This document shows positions 60,201 to 64,000 of a stretch of 64,000 nt of DNA, one piece after another. Under the pieces are notes generated by a model. That model was not told where the DNA came from, searched no databases, and saw only the letters and a list, made by a program, of their open reading frames with translations. Every line of letters starts with the position of its first letter. Position 1 is the stretch's first letter. Made by a program: the position numbers and the translations under genes. The DNA is from Azolla caroliniana (lineage: Eukaryota; Plantae; Polypodiophyta), in contig JBHGNT010000018.1 in the NCBI GenBank assembly GCA_043228905.1, positions 4,588,001 to 4,652,000 of the forward strand. The letters run 5' to 3'.

Positions 60201-63110
60201 CATATAATCGTTGTAGCCGAATCGGCTTACAGGGTTCTTTTCACGGGTGGATCGGCGGAGCTTTTCATTTGCAGAGATGAGGGCTTTCTTAGCTCCGATT
60301 GGTACCTCAAAACCGCCGAACTCACTGTCGAGTGAGTGAGTCTACTCATCGTCGTTGAAGCGATTGTCTTCATATTCCGACATTTTTGCCTTGCCTTTGT
60401 CCATCTTCGAGTTAGGCCGTGATGTGCTTTGATCGCTCAAAGGCTCTTGTGGTCCGCTCAATCGGGTCATGATCGGACTTCCTTCGAATATGTGCGTAAG
60501 GCAATCTTCATCCTCGATCTCTTGTTCGGCGAATTCCGGGTCGACCGGAGTCGGAGTCGGAGTTGTCTCTGGTGCATACTAGGATGCGGACTTGTCAAAA
60601 ACGACGTCTCGACTTACTCGAGATTTTCAAGTTGAAGGGTTGTAGCACTTGTACCCCTTTTGCTCCAATGAGTATCCTACGAGGATACATTTCTCCGACT
60701 TTGGGTCAAACTTTTGACACTTCTCGTCGGGGATGTGCATGTACGTTATTGCGCCGAATATGCGGGTGTGCGATAAGTCCGGCTTCTTTCCGAAGTATTT
60801 TTCGTGCGGAGTGACCTCATGCACACCAGATGTTGTGCACCGGTTCATTAGGTAGACGGCCGTATTTGCAGCTTCGGCCCAATATGACTTGGGCATATGC
60901 TTCTCGTTCATCATAGCCCGTGCTACTTCGAGGATGTGTCGATTTTTACGCTCGGCTACCCCGTTTTGTTGCGGAGTGTGTCGGCAAGTGAATTCTCGCC
61001 GAATTCCTTCCTTTTGGAGATACCCCGTGAAATCGTCCGAGAAGTACTACTTGCCGCCATCCGATCGAAGGCAACGTACATGTCGGCCCATGGCTTTCTC
61101 GACTTCATTCTTGAATGTTTGGAAGTGTCCGAACACTTCGCTCTTTTGCCGCATCGGGTAGATCCAAGTGTGCCTAGAGAAGTCGTCGATGAAGAGCACG
61201 TAATATCGGCATCCGCCGAATGTAGCCGTTTGCGCCGGTCCCCATACGTCGAAATGAACTACGTCGAGTAGACCTTTGCTCACGTTCCGCTCTTTCGGGA
61301 ATGGGTGTTGGTGTTGCTTGCCGAATTGGCACGCTTCACATACACCTTCAATCTCCTTTTCTTTGAATGCCGGGAGTCCGATGACGACTCCTTTCGATTT
61401 CATTGCTTTGAGTTTGTTGAGATTGATGTGGCCGATTTGCTTGTGCCACAACTCTATGTCGGAGTCGGCTTTCATGCTCTTTGTGAACATGGCTGATTTC
61501 ATCTCGTGTGGGTCGAGAATGAACATTCGGCCCTCTCTTCGTCCGCGTGCGATGAGTTGGCCCTCTTTTTCGATGAAGCAACTGCCTTGATTAAATCGAA
61601 CTTGCATCACTTGCTCTACAATTTGGCCGACGGAGACCAAATTCTTCGTAATGGTTGGTACATGCAAGACATTTTTAATGTAATTTTTCTTACCTTCTTT
61701 TCCAAATGGAACATTGCCGATGTGCCGAATCGGGTGCATAGTGTCATCTCCGGTTTCGACATTACCGGGTCGCTCCGGCTCTCGAAGTTCGAGAAACCAT
61801 TCTTTATGAGATGTCATATGGTTTGAGGCTCCAGAGTCAACAAACCATACGTCCTCCGGATTGGGGGCACTAGTTGAGGTAGAGGCCGACATAGAGTTTG
61901 TTCTATGTTTCATCATGAACATTCCGCCACGATTGGAGTTGTATGCGTACATTCCGCTATACTCTTCGTAGTCGGAATTGTGCGTGTAATTCGTGAGTTG
62001 TCGGCTTGTGGAAACCGATTCACGCATCTTCTTTCGGCACTCTTCTTCGTGGTGGCCGAGCTTTCCGCAATATCCGCATTCGATTGCGTTTTGATGGCTC
62101 AGGCCGGAGTGGAAGCTCCCCCTTCTTGCGAAGGTTCCTCATTGGCTTCCATTTTGCGGCCGAAATTGGGAGTTGTTATCGTAGGTCGGACCTCGTCCGC
62201 CTTGTCCTTGGCCGAATCGGCCTCTCGACCGTCCGCGTCCTCTTCCTCCGTTCGAGTGCGTGTAGAGCATGTGGCCTTCCAACTCATTGCTCCTTGTACG
62301 CACGTGGTTTTCTTCGACCAATAGCATTGATTGGAGCTCGAAGAAGGAGGGAGATTTCTCTCGTGCTAGAACGGTTGTTCGCATCGCGCCGAACCATGGT
62401 GCGAGGCCGTTGAGGCATATTTGAACCATCTCATCATCATCATCGATATTTACGCTTATTGAGCCAAGCGAATCGCAAAGCTCCTTGATCTTCGAGGTGT
62501 ATGTCGTGATGGACATGTCCCTTTGTTGAATGTTGTTCAACTCTTGGCGGAGTTGAAGCTTCCTCGTGGTCGTGTTTGCCGCGAAAATCTTTCGTAGATT
62601 TTCCCATGCCTCCTTTGACGTCTTGGCTTCGCGAATGTAGCCGAGCATGTGATCGTGAACACATGTCGCCAAGCAATACTTCACACGGCTTGCGGCTTGC
62701 TCCCATGTCGCGTATCCGGGAGCCGCTTCGGCGGGTCGGTCTTCATGCGCTCCTTTGATGTAGCTCCAATAGCCTTGTCCGACAAGGTATTGGTGCATCT
62801 TGTACTCCCAAGATGCGACGTTGTTTCGATCCAACTTCTTGGTAGGGAGAGCGCTCCCCATTTGAGTATTCATTATGTCAATTCTTCTTCTTCTTCTTCT
62901 CTCTTCGAATGCGAGCTATGTAGTGAAGCTACGATAGCGATGAGCCGGTTCTTGGTTGTCGGCGTGGAGCACAACACATGATCATTGATGAGGCGAATGG
63001 GCTAGATCGAGCTACCAAATCGCTCTAATACCATGTAAAGAATCAAGAGATGGATTCTTGTGAAGCGGAATAGGTGTGAATTGTGTGTGTGTGTGGGTGT
63101 GTGTGTGTAT

Positions 63111-63154
<44 letters not shown>

Positions 63155-63463
63155 CACACACACACACACACACAGAGTATACACAAGGTTAAGTATATTA
63201 ACAAAGGAGAAAGACATGACACAATACAAGGTGGGAGGAGGGTGCTTTATATAGTCACCCTCTCTCTTCATTAACTACAAGACTCATGGAGCATGGGGAA
63301 TGTGAAAGCTCATAAGTTATGTGTCATAGAATATGATTTTATGACTCATACTAAATGCTAGAATACAAAGAGGTGACATAATGGTGACTCTTGACCATTG
63401 GAGTGTCTATTCACTCTCAAGGTGAGTTCACACACTAGACCAAGTTGAGCTTGATTCTCAACA
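57268..63463 (-). mobile_element. Full-length Ty1/Copia LTR retrotransposon
   Basis: LTRs 63034-63463 and 57268-57657 (length difference from internal microsatellites), TSD ctatg (57263-57267, 63464-63468), tRNA-iMet-type PBS tggtattagagc at 63033-63022, PPT at 57658-57670. Confidence 0.95.
58594..62873 (-). pseudogene. Copia gag-pol, disrupted
   Basis: Gag 62139-62873, protease WFVDSGASNHMT, integrase (LWHKQIGH, CEACQFGK, LRSDGG, WAEAANTA), RT (YKARLVAKGY, DDL), RNase H (CDN..TKHIEVHYH..ADIFTK). Stops and frameshifts present. Confidence 0.92.
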
Positions 63464-63604
63464 CTATGTTAATGTGCTACTTTTCCTCTTCTCCTCTTGA
63501 GCTAAGCTTCCATTTTGTGTTTTATTCATTCTCCTCTACTCCCTAGTCCAAGACCCCCGTGGTCTCGCCTCGAATCCTACACGTACTCGCGGAAAACCGT
63601 GACA

Positions 63605-64000
63605 ATGGGCATGAGCGACCATGTGCGGTCCTCTTCGGGAACTGGAACATGAATACCAACGGGCGTGAATGACCATGTGTGGTCCTTGTCAAGAGTTGGA
63701 ACATGAGCACCAACGGGCGTGAGCGACCATGTATGGTCCTCACCGAGAACTGGAACATGAATAGCAGCAGGCATGAACGACCATGTCAGTCATTGTCAGG
63801 ATTTGGAACATGAACAATAGCTGGAGTGAGCGACCATGTGCGGTCCTCATCAGAGACTGGAACACGAACGGGAGTGAGCAACCATGTGTGGCGCTCATCG
63901 GGAATTGGAACATGAGTGACCATGTGCGATCCTCATAAAAAACACGAATGGGCATGAGCGATCATGCGGCCCTCACAGAGAACTGGAACACGAATGGAAG
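63605..64000. repeat. Continuation of the ~50-bp tandem array
   Basis: Same unit as 55110-55570. Confidence 0.9.

Larger units (their letters stand above)
56840..63604 (+). mobile_element. Solo LTR C (~564 bp: 56840-57267 plus 63469-63604) split by a Copia element
   Basis: tgtc...gaca ends, 4-bp TSD acgg/atgg within the tandem repeat, ggctataaaag TATA at ~56985. Confidence 0.7.
56077..64000 (-). mobile_element. LTR element B, same family as A: 3' LTR 56077-56542, PPT and repeat array running off the window, with nested insertions
   Basis: tgtctcggacacaccaag...gtgaca is homologous to the 54608 LTR and is followed by ttatcccccctctt. The same repeat array occurs at 56690-56839 and 63605-64000. 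Confidence 0.75.

Overview
Eukaryotic, transposon-dominated window. The host is probably a seed-free land plant such as a fern, lycophyte or bryophyte, inferred from plant-type Copia/Gypsy/L1/RTEX elements plus a flagellar-type gene. Contents in order: (1) the 3' end of a hAT transposon; (2) a palindromic ~59-bp tandem array; (3) a decayed, intron-containing gene (~3.5-6.7 kb) joining a ParB/Srx-like domain to a complete beta-class N6-adenine/N4-cytosine DNA methyltransferase, the most unusual item; (4) nested L1 LINEs and hAT MITEs; (5) a full-length Gypsy element (454-bp LTRs, GACAA TSD) with an intact 789-aa extra ORF and a PBS-complementary tRNA-like hairpin in place of a PPT; (6) further L1 and RTEX LINEs; (7) one apparently intact 9-exon host gene on the minus strand (47947-39254) with a SPATA4/SPEF1-type CH domain and a JHY-like C-terminus, whose second intron cannot be spliced in frame at its nearest GT/CAG pair; (8) a roughly five-level nest of LTR elements from 50 to 64 kb. 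All family calls come from reading motifs by eye. No database search was run.
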